Source of the DNA: Podarcis cretensis
Lineage: Eukaryota
Reading direction: 5' to 3'
Assembly (NCBI GenBank): GCA_951804945.1
Contig: OX638159.1
Span: forward strand, 30,690,001 to 30,754,000
DNA: 64,000 nt
Part shown: positions 12,209 through 22,506 of the stretch, piece by piece
Numbering within the stretch: the stretch's first letter is position 1
How the letters are laid out: every line of letters starts with the position of its first letter
Translations under genes and position numbers: made by a program
Notes under the pieces: generated by a model
The model's database searches: none
Seen by the model: only the letters and a program-made list of their open reading frames with translations
What the model was told of the DNA's origin: nothing

Positions 12209-12748
12209 TTAACCTGGAGATCTCACATCCGAGGCTCTCAAGTCATCCTCAGTTCCTCTCTGCCGGCCTCTTGGATAGTCCTTTAGGTTAAGCCCCAAGG
12301 CTCGAAGGGGCTCTGACCCAACAAAATCCATGATTTTTCCAATTGGCCCTCCATATTTAAACTTAGTGCTAATGAGGTGCTCCACTCTCAAATTTACAGT
12401 TTCCAACTCAGTCCAAACTTTCCACCTCAAATTTTTGTTCTCCTTTGTTGTCTGCATGCCAGGCCCCAAACTATAATTCTCCCTTGACATCTGCAAAGTT
12501 ACCAGTCCACCTTCCTTTTCCTCAAAAACAGCGTGTGTCTCTTCCATAGTCTCATGGCTCTCAAATTTCTCTTGTTGTTGATATGTGTGAACTTCTTGCC
12601 TCCACTCCTTGTCAGCTTCAACAATGTTGTTTACTGCCAGGGCCAGAGTGTTCGCACTTGTAGTCAAAACATCTGTCTGATCTTGTAACTTTCCCAGGAG
12701 AGCCAGTATTTTGTTCAGTTTAGTCTGATTTTTGCTTCTTTCAGCCAT
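12209..12748 (-). CDS. 179-aa ORF of the HAL1-like element; probable diverged and shortened L1 ORF1 (N-terminal coiled coil)
   Basis: Longest ORF in the window, ATG start, uninterrupted, in sense orientation after the 5'UTR. Heptad-like LNKILALLGKLQDQTDVLTTSANTLALAVNNIV. KENKNLRW sits where L1 ORF1 has its RRNNLRI-type motif. Confidence 0.65.
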   Translation of the reverse strand: MAERSKNQTKLNKILALLGKLQDQTDVLTTSANTLALAVNNIVEADKEWRQEVHTYQQQEKFESHETMEETHAVFEEKEGGLVTLQMSRENYSLGPGMQTTKENKNLRWKVWTELETVNLRVEHLISTKFKYGGPIGKIMDFVGSEPLRALGLNLKDYPRGRQRGTEDDLRASDVRSPG

Positions 12749-13503
12749 TCTTGTAGTGTCTCTGTCCCCCAGAAGGGGGATTTTAATCCTTCAATGTCTT
12801 TCAGTTTAAAAACCAGTAAGCAAGTTAATTTGTAGCAGCTCTCCCTTATTTTCCAGAAATTGCAACAAATATAGCCAGCAGTTGCAACAAAGACAAAGTT
12901 CCCTTTATCCTTTCCTTTTGACAGCTATTTTGACAGCTGTCAAAATCTTCAATGGTTCCTCAGCAGGTTCTCTCGCGGGACGCCCCCGGGTTCGGGGGGG
13001 TGAAACTTTAGCTCCTAACGTTAGGTTTTCCTCCGGTAAAATTCTATAGCGTCAAGCCGTGAAGGTTTTTTTTTTTTTTTTTATAAAAAGAAAGAGTTCT
13101 CTCGACCTTAAGTTGCAAGCTCTTTGCGTTAGAATATCTACACAGAGGGGGGGGGGCGACTTCCTTTTTGACCCTTCCCCGCTCGTTCCCAATTCAATAA
13201 AAATTTGTTTGAATTCCAAATTCCATATTTACTCACGGGTTCTTGTTTTTGAGTCCAAATGTTCCAAGGAAAAAGTCAGCGCTTCTCCGACAATGGCATG
13301 CGGCTTCACTCCGCAGAAGGAGCAATCTACTCACAGCACCGCGCCGTCCCCGTCCCCGTTCCTGAGCCTTTAAAAAGGCTCCTTCGCGGTTTGGGGGGGC
13401 GCAAATGGTGCCCGCCGAGTCACCACGCTCACAGGCATCAGCGCCTGTGATTTTTAAGGGTCCCCGCGTCGCCGGCGCGGACAAGACCCGATCCTGCGGA
13501 GCC

Positions 13504-13561
13504 GATTCCCTCCGGAGCTCGGAGGGAATCCGCCATTAGTCGACGGCGCTAACCCGGAAGT
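13504..13561 (-). promoter_or_regulatory. Internal promoter module of the retroelement: ETS site, YY1 site, 11-bp hairpin
   Basis: CCGGAAGT (13554-13561). CCGCCATTA, i.e. TAATGGCGG on the minus strand (13530-13538). Perfect inverted repeat GATTCCCTCCG / CGGAGGGAATC (13504-13530). Confidence 0.55.
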
Positions 13562-14443
13562 GCTGTTTTCCCTTACTTTCTAGGAGCAAAAAAGTGCGTG
13601 TTTTGGAGCGAAAACTACGGTATGTAAATCCAGTGAAAACTATGTTTAAAATAGGTTTTTAGCAGGCACTAAAAGGAGTACAGCGAAGGAGCCTGCCTAA
13701 TGTCAGAGAATCCCAAAATTATAGGTGCTGCCACACTAAAAGATTGATTCCTGACCAATGCAGAATGTGTGTTATTTGGCATCTGTGGCAGTGCCAAGCC
13801 CTGCAGTTCAAGGACTGGGCATATACGGCGTGGTGAAACTGAAATTGACTGGGATGCACCAGGTCACTTCTGGTCTAGTCACTTCTGGTCTGGTCTTAAA
13901 AGGGCAGAACATTCTAGTAAGGGAACATCTTCGCTTTAAAAGGTCAGTGTTATGCTTTTGCAGATAAGCGGCTATGTACGTAACCATTTCCATAATCAAA
14001 CTAATTTCTTAAGCAAAACTTTTTAAAACGTTCTGGGCTCAGATAAGAGGACAGGCAATGCACTATTCAGCACCAGCGAAGGAATAGCATAGGCGCTATC
14101 CTGTAAGTGGAACCTGCAACTAAAAGGGGCAGTATTTTGCCCGTAGAAATTCCTATTTTGCTGGGAAATAATTCCAGCTTTTTCCAGATACTGCTTGAAG
14201 CATTACAGACATCGTGGCAGGGCAGAAAAATGAACACGTGTATCGTGGGCTACAATAGCATCATCTCCAAGCCTCTGAAAACTGACTTTCTCTACATAGC
14301 AAGAGGGAATCTAAATATTCTGCTAGTGCGTTGTGTGGTGATGTTTCTTGGGAGCTTACTGACAGAAGCTATGTCATGTTTACTTGAACCAGTTTCCGCG
14401 GCTCCCCCTCTCTCATTTCTCCCTGAGTCATTCCACTCCTTAC

Positions 14444-14543
14444 ATATCTGCCTACTGCCAAGATACTGTAGTTGAATGCAGCTGGTTATAGCTGTCCTCC
14501 AGATAGCACGCAGAACAGGGCTTATGACAGCTTCTTAGTATTG
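14444..14543 (-). other. Candidate 100-nt non-coding (5'UTR-type) exon
   Basis: Minus-strand acceptor ctgatgttttgcatttctttcccgtcag and donor TAT|gtaagg. Stops in all three frames. Unique-looking sequence. Confidence 0.3.
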
Positions 14544-15220
14544 CTGACGGGAAAGAAATGCAAAACATCAGCTTCCATAATGTGTGTGTGTGTGTGTGTG
14601 CATGCATGCAACTATATGTTTCTTGAGGAGCATAACATACTCTCAAAACCTATGTCTGCTTTGTCCACAATATAAGGTGCCCTGTTAAGTAAACTAAACC
14701 TTTTAGAGCTTTTCTTCAAGCATATACATAGAGACATTCCAGGACAAGCAGCAACACCCTTACCTAAAAAAGCGGGCAGATTGTACTACTGAGCACTTCA
14801 AATAAATGCAGAAGATGGGGACCTCAGCTTTCCTCCAGTGGAAGCCCAGATATTTTCACCTTTGATATGAATTCAGCATCAAATGAAGTTAGTTATTACA
14901 CTGATAAATCTAAGAGACTTATATTCCACCCTTCTGCCTCCATGAGTGAACAACGTTAAGAACAACAAATGGGACTTGCCACAAGTCCTCCTGTTTCGGG
15001 TTCCAGTCAGCCAGCTACCCAGCCCCAACATCTGTGTTACGCCATTCTAATCTTTCTCCCCACTAGCTGTCAGTTTTCCTTATCCCACAATCATCCAGCA
15101 TTTTGTGCCCACTGAGTGTGCTCAGTCTTCACTGGCCGGCTTTGGAGTTCCCCCCTCCTTATTGGTCTCTCAGGATATAGTTTGCCCCAGGGTATGGGTC
15201 TAAAAAAAGGACAGGAAGTG

Positions 15221-15352
15221 ATTAGCTTGCTAAAGCTAAGCAGGTCTGAGTCTGGTCAGTGCTTGGATGGGAGACCAGTTGGGAACCACATTTATGCTGC
15301 CTTTGGTTCTTTGTCAGAATATTGGTGGAATATAAATGCATGGAAATAAATA
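15221..15352 (+). mobile_element. 5S rRNA-derived SINE (SINE3-type), 5'-truncated
   Basis: AAGCTAAGCAGGTCTGAGTCTGGTCAGTGCTTGGATGGGAGACCAGTTGGGAA resembles the 5S rRNA A/IE/C boxes. It is followed by a non-5S tail ending AAATAAATA. 8-bp TSD AGGAAGTG (15213-15220, 15353-15360). Confidence 0.8.
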
Positions 15353-15450
15353 AGGAAGTGGAATAGCTTAGCTTGCCTTCTGAAGAAGAGGGGGGAAAGA
15401 ACCAAAGGGAAGAAATTCCATAACCTGGGCCCACCACATATGAACTTCCA

Positions 15451-15596
15451 CAGAATCACAGAACCTATAGAGTTGGAAGGGACCACAAGGGTCATCTAGT
15501 CCAACCCCCTTCAATGCAGGACTCATTTGCCCAACATCAGGCTCAAACCCCTGACCCTGAGATTAAGAGACTCATGCTCTAGCAATTGAACTATCT
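15451..15596 (-). mobile_element. tRNA-Lys-derived SINE with CR1-type tail
   Basis: Reverse complement reads GATAGTTCAATTGCTAGAGCATGAGTCTCTTAATCTCAGGGTCAGGGGTTTGAGC...GGGGTTGGACTAGATGACCC...TTCTGTGATTCTG. Confidence 0.85.
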
Positions 15597-15899
15597 CAAC
15601 TGTCAATGCACCAAGCAAAGACCCTACGGCAGTGGTGGGCCTAGATGATAAGGTGGATGAAAAATCTATTTAAAATGGGTTCGCTTTGTAGAATATCTGA
15701 CATTTCTAGAATCTATGTGCATGAAATAAGCATGTGGAAAAGGGTAACCAAAATTATCAAGAACCTAGAGCAACTCACTTAATGCAGGAAGGTAGCAATG
15801 TTTGGGGCTTTAATATACAAATTGTGCGGTAGATGTGATAGCAAAGGACAATACGATAAAGGTGTATATTCATGGTGTGGAGAAAGTTGGAACTTTTTC

Positions 15900-16140
15900 T
15901 CACTCTCATAATAGTTTTGAGATTCAGAACCTCCAAAAGGAAGTCCCTTTTCACACAGTGCATAGCTGAACTATGGAACATGCTCTGGCAAGATGCGCTG
16001 GCTAGAAACTTTGATGGCTTTAAAAGAGGTCAGACGAGTTTATAGAGGATAAGGCTCTCAATGGCGACTATTCATGATGGCTATGGGAGACCTCCAGGCA
16101 GCCTGCCTCCGAGTGGCAGCTGCCGGAGAACAACAATGAG
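15900..16140 (+). mobile_element. Old CR1 LINE 3' fragment
   Basis: AAAAGGAAGTCCCTTTTCACACAGTGCATAGCTGAACTATGGAAC...GATGGCTTTAAAAGAGG matches the CR1 ORF2 C-terminus pattern (FFTQRIVxLWN...GFKRGLD). Confidence 0.65.
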
Positions 16141-18477
16141 TGTGAGAGTTTCTCATAGGGGAAAGTTCCTCATTGGGCTTTGCTCCAACCTCCTGAGCAT
16201 AATCAAAACACACTTGCAGCTCTCAAACCACAGCCTGGAGAATGGAGAAAACAGGAGCTGCCTCTCCCTGATTAACTCAACATTCTATAGTACTGGGGTT
16301 ATAATCATTGCTCAAATTATCAGAGAACGTTGCCAGGGCATGCTATTTTTCACATATCCTAGAAAAATGTGAAAATCAATGCAATTGCTACAGGGGAGTG
16401 TCACACCTCCAGACAAACAGGGTCTCTCGTTTGATGTCTCTGACAACCCTCTGATTAAAACTTACAGTTTATGAATTTATTTATTCCGATCTTGAAGAGG
16501 AATGTTTTCCCTGCTCTCATTTGGCCTCCATGGTGGCATATTAACCTACTGCATGTTCAAATTCCTTAAATAAGTAAAGGAATGCACATTTTATAGGCTT
16601 AATGAAAACAAATGGAGGGGAGAAGAAGCCACTTTAAAATGCTCTCGAGTCCATGGGTCTTAATAAAGTTTGGCATGAAATATTTCTCAAAAGTCCCCAG
16701 CATTTAATTGCAGCACGGGCTTAGTTTATTCTGTATCTAAACATACTTGAGTTGATGCTACACCATACAAAGCATGCCCCCAGGGGTCATAATAGTAACA
16801 ACATCAACAACATGTATGGTAGCCACAATCCAACACAGAACTTGCCTACAAGAGACAGTGGCCCTCAAGCTGCCCCCCCCCACTTTAGCTATTAAATAGC
16901 TAAATAGCTGCTATATGAGTGGGAAATAAAATTACATATTTTCATGTAGAATGAAGCTGTTCTTAGTATTCTAGACACACTGCATATTCTAGGTCTACAT
17001 GCCTGAGAAGTATCTATAGGGGCTGCACACATTGTCCAACCATATGTTGCCCACCCACAAGCTAGACTCAGCTCCACATTTTTTTTTCACCCCAAATGTG
17101 CTTGGTGGAATGGAGGTGGGAGGGAGACTCTGGTCTCAGTTATTCTTGCTTTCGTCTCACAATTCTTTTAAGAGCGCTGAAGAAGGAACCTGAAAGCTGC
17201 TGTTATTTTAAAAAATGGGATTCTTTCTCAACATTTATACTAGCAATTAGAGTAAATAAGTCATTGGCAATCGGATTGCTGGTGAGCACTGTTCCTAATG
17301 CTATAATTATATCATTAATTATCCTTATGTACAAACATGGAAGAAGACTAATCAAAGGTCTGCTCATTCAAGATCCGCTCTAGAAAGAGGCAAAGAATTG
17401 CCAAAGGAGAATATTGCGCAGACAGGAAGAATGCTAAATACGTTGGATTTGTGGATAAGCACAGTTAAGCCATGACTTAAAGAACCCCTAGCTACAGTAG
17501 TTTATTTTGTATATATTTGTGTAGAGTATTTCAGCACAGTGCTTAAGACTGCAGTCCAATGCATACTGTGGGTCTTGCTTCCCAGAAAACACCTAAAATG
17601 TAGAAACCAGAAACTTACAGTACAATTCCAGCCATGTCTATGCAGAAATAAGTTCTATTGAATTCAGTGTGACTTACTTCCTGGCAAGTGGGGTTAGGAC
17701 TGCAGCCTTCTATTATGCACTCATCACAGATAATACTGTCTTCTACTTTAAAAAATAATAATAATTTGTGAACCTCTTCCTATAAGGCACCCCAAAGCAA
17801 TTTACAATATAATAAAAACTCATATTAAACAGTTACATTATTTAAAACATATGTATGTATATATGTGTATCTTTTACGCACAGAAAGTGTTTAAAACAAC
17901 AGCACATATATTAATTTAATTTAAATCCATACTTTGCTGCTTTCATCACATCCTTAAGAAATTGGCCAGCATAATTCTTCAGGGTGGTCTGTAGGCTGTT
18001 GACCCTTATATCAGTGAAGGGAGTCTGGGACACCTCCCCTTTGTGAGTTGTTTGCTAGGCACTGAGAACAAAGACCTTCACTGGCACAGCAAGCTAGATG
18101 CCATGATGGATGCAATCCCAAGTGAGGTTTCCAGTGTTTTGTGAGATCACTTTCAGTTTTTGCAGCCTGCTGACATTGACAGAGTACTTGTGTGTATGCT
18201 CCCAACAATGTGGCCCTTGAACCAATGTAGCTGATTAAAGTTAGTTGTGGGGGAATGTTTGGGTGGGTTTAGGGTGTGGTGTACATGTCTGCATAAGGAG
18301 TGGTGCTAACTGCCTTGAAGGAGGCAATTTGTGCAGTTACTCCTGACAAAAACACCCTGGACCTGATGGCATTTAACAACAACCCACCCTATCACAAATA
18401 CCCCTGGGGGGGGAGCACTTGAGTGTGTCATGGTGACTCAGCTGCAGGCATCCCTAGAGGAAATGGATTAGCTAGAC

Positions 18478-18610
18478 CAGTGTTTCCCAGACTTGGGTCC
18501 CCAGCTGTTGTTGGACTACAACTCCCATCATCCCTGGCCACTGGTCCTGCTAGCTACAGATGGGAGTTGTAGTCCAACAACTGCTGGCGACCCAAGTTTG
18601 GGAAACACTG
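18478..18610. mobile_element. Palindromic hAT MITE (133 bp)
   Basis: TIRs CAGTGTTTCCCAGACTTGGG / CCCAAGTTTGGGAAACACTG. 8-bp flanks AGCTAGAC / ATCTAGAC. Confidence 0.9.
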
Positions 18611-18618
18611 ATCTAGAC

Positions 18619-19389
18619 TAGGGTTACCAGGCGTCCCCAGTTCCCAGGGACAGTCCCTGGATTTGCAAATCTGTCCCTGGACAAATTCCATCCCTGGAAT
18701 GTCCCCAGATTTGCAAATCTGTCCCCGGGAAATGCGACAGCGGCAGCCGCAGCAGCCCGGAGCTAGCCTGGTAGCTCAGTTGGCTCTGGCTGGCTTCAGG
18801 AGCTGCTCGCTGTCGTGGTGCCTGCCATTTTTCCTTGCCAAAAGTCCTCATATGATGTGTCTTGTGCGCAGCACATCATATGGGGACTTCTGGCGATGAA
18901 AAATGGCGGGCACCACGGCAGCGAGCAGCTCCTGAAGCCAGCCAGAGCCAACTGTGCTACCAGGCTGGCTCCGGGCTGCTGACTGCCACCGCCACCACCA
19001 CTGCCAAAGGTGAACCAGGGACGTTCGGCAGTACAGATCTCCTGCCCCCTTCCCCCTTTGTTTTGACTGATCGGGGGAGGCTCCGGAGTCAAGGCTGGCA
19101 GACTGTTGCCCAGTTTTTAAAAAAACTCTGCGCATTTATGTTTCACAGAAGGGCTTTGCACTTGCCTGGCAGAGAAACGGCGTGCCTTGCACCCCTCCTG
19201 GGCAACGCTCGCCCGCCCATGACTCCTGAGCCTCCCCCAATCTGTCAAAACAAAGGGGGAAGGGAGCAGATCATCAGGGAAGGCTCGGGATATGCATGTG
19301 TGCTTGGGCCCAGGGTCTTTTGCCTCTCCATTCCCACTACTGACTCCAAAGTGTCCCCGGATTCATTGAAAAAAAATCTGGTAACCATA
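18619..19389. mobile_element. Non-autonomous hAT (Blackjack-type) element, 771 bp, with long internal inverted repeats
   Basis: TIRs TAGGGTTACCAG / CTGGTAACCATA. Subterminal GTCCC/GGGAC motifs. Perfect 8-bp TSD ATCTAGAC (18611-18618, 19390-19397). Confidence 0.88.
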
Positions 19390-20577
19390 ATCTAGACCCA
19401 CTTCATCCTGGGTTCAGACCTGGGTTTGAATCTGTCTCAATCGCCTATTGGGAGAGAGACAAGGGGACTGCAATCCTGTTGGTCTTACTAGATTTCTCAT
19501 GAGCTTTTGATACCATCAACCATGGCATCCTCCTAGACTATGAGAAAAGCATATTGGGGGCACAGTTCTGCAGCGATTCTGGTATTCTCTCTAGGGGCTG
19601 TTCCAGAAAGTAGCATTGGGTGAGTGCTTCTCCGCCCTCTGGCTCTTGAGCTGTAGATGTGAAGCCATTGGGAGCGGTCATTTGGAGCTCTGGAGCAAGG
19701 TGTCATCCATATGCTCATGAAACTCAACTCTGGATACACCTAGTCATACACTTACTTGAATGTAGTTGTGTGAAAGCACAGCATGTAAGAAGTACAGCCT
19801 AATTTCAAGTCCCAAAGAAGAATTCTATTTAGATTTATTCAACAATAATTGCTACTGGGTTCAACAGAAGATACTCCTAAGTAAGTGTGCATAGAATTTC
19901 AGTTTGCAGTGCTCTGAAGGGTTTAGAGCTTAGAGGTTTAGAATGAGTTTTTAAGTTAGATTTTATTCTGGAAATATGTGAGGAATAAAGTTGCTATCTA
20001 TAGTTGGTGACAAGTGATTGGGAAAAGAAAAAAGCTTTTATTGATTTTTCCTTCTCTGATCCCAAAACATGTCCTAAGGCCCTTTCATACACCTCAATAG
20101 CCCATACAACAAGCACATAAGATAAGTCAGTCATATTATCTCCATATAGCCATATTTGAGTCTGACACTGAGAGATAATGGATTGCCTATGGGTACCTAA
20201 TATAAAAAGATTCTGGGAGCCATTAAGGCTCCGTTTATAGGATGTGAAACAAGACAACTCTGACCAAAAGGGCATAATGCAACTTGTTCATGCCTCATTG
20301 AAATGAGTGGAAGCATTTTATCAAAGGGACAACCCCCCTTCTTCCCACAGTAGATAGTCCTATACATTAATTAGTGGAAGTGAGGGTGTCATTCAGATTT
20401 TTTTGCCTTGGGCACCCAACTTTTTATTACCTATGTCAAAATACTTTGGGTGCGCCTTCCCTGGAAATGTTATGGTATCTCTGAATCAGTTTAATTAAAA
20501 TTAAGTGTTTAATTTCATTTCTTTAAAGCATTTCCAGAGTCTCACTCTTCAGCCAAAGAAAGAAAAAAGAGAAAAGA

Positions 20578-21185
20578 TTATTATTACTATTTATTAGATT
20601 TGTATACTGCTCTTCATCTGAAGAGTGGTTCAAAAAAAAATGAGAGCACAAAATTCATAATAAAACAAAAACTAACCAATAATCCCCCTCCCACAAACAC
20701 ATTTAAAAGAATATTAATCAGCCAAAGGCCTGATTATATAGAAAAGGTTTCACTTGGCACCTAAACATATGTAATGAAGGTGCCTGGAGAGATTGCCTGG
20801 GGAGAGCATTCCACATACGGAACCAGCACAGAAAAGGCCTGTTCTTGTGTTGCTACCCTCTTGACCTCTCATGGAGGAGGCACACCAAGAAGGGCCTCAG
20901 ATGATAATAGCAGGGTCCGGGGCAGTTCTTATGGGGAAAGGCAGCCCTTGAGGTATCGCCATCCTGAGCCATTTTAAGGCTTTATAGATCAAAACCAGCA
21001 CTTGGAATTGGGTCCAGTGCAGCCAGCCCAGGATCGGTTTAATATGCTCAAACCATCTTGCCTTGGTGAACAATCTGGCTGCCAAATTCTGCACTGGTTG
21101 AAGTTTCTGAAAGTCTTCAGAGGCAGCCCCACATATGACACGTAGTAATCTAACCTAGAGGTTACCACAGCATAAACAACAGAAG
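20578..21185 (-). mobile_element. L2 LINE 3' fragment
   Basis: ORF 20897-21094 (QNLAARLFTKARWFEHIKPILGWLHW...VLIYKAL) is the L2 ORF2 C-terminal motif. An (AAT)n-like tail lies at the left end. Confidence 0.85.
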
Positions 21186-22506
21186 TTAGGCTGTTCCTGT
21201 CCAGATAGGTTCACAGCTGGGCAAGCAGCCAAGGCTGTTGGAAGGCACCAAGGGAAAATGATATTATGGGGCTGGTCCTTGCCTTCCCCTGAAACTGCTG
21301 CCCCCTCAAAAGGGCAAATGCTTTTGGGGGGTCGGTCCACTTAGGCCTTGATATAGCCCTCCACTCCTTTGGGAGATTGAGCCCAGGTGGGCTCTCAGCC
21401 AGTCAGCAGCGAGGAGAGTGGAGCGGGCTTCCCTCTGCCAGCCAAGAGGACAAAAAGTTTGCCTTCCTCAAGAGGAGGATGAATTCCATCAGCTGTGGCA
21501 GAGGGCCAGATGAACAGCCAAATTCCTTAATAAGACAGCCCCTTCTCTCAATTGAAAGGTCACAACACAAGAGGAAAATGGTCTGGGAGGGAAGTGCTAT
21601 TGGCAATTAAAAAAAAAACACATTCAATGAGTAACAGTGCTGCTGGTGAATTCAATCTCCTTATTACTAAATATGAAGTCATACGCATGCAGGAGCTTTT
21701 GCAAGGTGGGGCCTAAACGTGTACACTATTTAAGTTTATAGATACACACATGCCTCGGGTATTACTGGCTACAGAGATGTGACGACTGCTTTCTTTTCCA
21801 GGGAGACACGAAGGGCAAGCCACATGTTGCAGGAAGTAGCACTGGTGATTCACTGAAACTTTCTTCTTTCCCTTTGAGTAAGACTTGACTCAGAACAGTT
21901 ACAGAGCAAAGAGAAAGAGTAATTAAAAACGCCTTCATACTTTTGTGACGTTCCAGGCTTCTGGTCCACTCCCAACCAAATGTCTTTGCATCTTGTAACA
22001 TTCTGCTAGAGACTCTGTTCCATAATAATTAACTTAGCTTTAGCTTCTAAACTACCTTTAATGTGAGGCTTTGAAGTAACTGTCAGCATTTGTACATATC
22101 CAGTGTGCTAGATTTCAGGCAGGAAACAGCTGTAGTTAACCCTTAAACATTCTCTTTTACAAGTTTGGCAGTTTCATTCCACTTATTAATGCTCTGAGCA
22201 TTTCCTATTCAGAGGATGAGACCATAGAAAATATTATCTGTACGTTGTAAAAAAAATAAATACGTAAGGTTGGCTACCTATTGACTGCTGCCGTAGGACC
22301 ACTAGGGTGAATAGCATTTACACTAGTACAGTGCTCAAGATCCTATTCCTGTTGTGGATTTTTGTTTGGCTATTGCCAAAACTTTAGATCTCCTAATTTG
22401 CTTAGAAATATTGATGACTCTGTAAGGTAAACATTGCATGTAGAAAAATTGTGGATACCTTAATATTCATATTTTAGCTGTTTTTAATTGGGATAAGATG
22501 TCTCCA

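Larger units (their letters stand above)
11649..13565 (-). mobile_element. Complete 1.9-kb L1-derived non-autonomous retroelement (HAL1-like: 5'UTR, single ORF, 3'UTR, poly(A))
   Basis: 16-bp TSD TTTTCCCTTACTTTCT (11633-11648 and 13566-13581). AATAAA plus poly(A) at the left end. CpG-rich 5' end CACTTCCGGGTTAGCGCC...TAATGGCGG. A 3'UTR motif is shared with the L1 copy at 29949-30728. No EN/RT coding sequence. Confidence 0.85.
10621..13620. mobile_element. Non-autonomous Tc1/mariner-superfamily (Tc2/pogo-type) DNA transposon, ~1.07 kb, interrupted by a 1.9-kb retroelement
   Basis: TIRs CCGTATTTTTCGCTCTATAACACGCA and TGCGTGTTTTGGAGCGAAAACTACGG. TA target duplication at 10619-10620 and 13621-13622. 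No transposase ORF. Confidence 0.85.
10330..13800 (-). mobile_element. L2 LINE 3' fragment split by later insertions (pieces ~10330-10547 and ~13645-13800)
   Basis: A (TTTA)n tail and GGCTTGTCTAAACAA on the left continue as GTTTTTAGCAGGCACTAAAAGGAGTACAGCGAAGGAGCCTGCC on the right, the usual antisense L2 3' pattern. Confidence 0.55.
18340..19540 (+). mobile_element. L2 LINE reverse-transcriptase fragment split by two hAT insertions
   Basis: Joining 18477 to 19398 restores QLQASLEEMD(Y)LDP.. GFRPG, followed by LLDFS..FDTINHGILLD, typical L2 RT motifs. Confidence 0.7.

Noticed and set aside
13059-13484. Short ORFs in the retroelement 5'UTR (possible ORF0 or uORF)
   Set aside because: Mostly non-ATG starts in GC-rich sequence; cannot be supported from one copy.
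15233-15290. 5S rRNA gene
   Set aside because: Partial, diverged, has a foreign tail and a TSD; it is a retroposed derivative.
18624-19395. Several overlapping ORFs up to 177 aa
   Set aside because: They lie in a GC-rich palindromic non-autonomous hAT element and have no transposase motifs.
21762-21938. MKAFLITLSLCSVTVLSQ..., a signal-peptide-like ORF
   Set aside because: The hydrophobic stretch comes from a pyrimidine-rich tract; no supporting exon structure or homology recognised.
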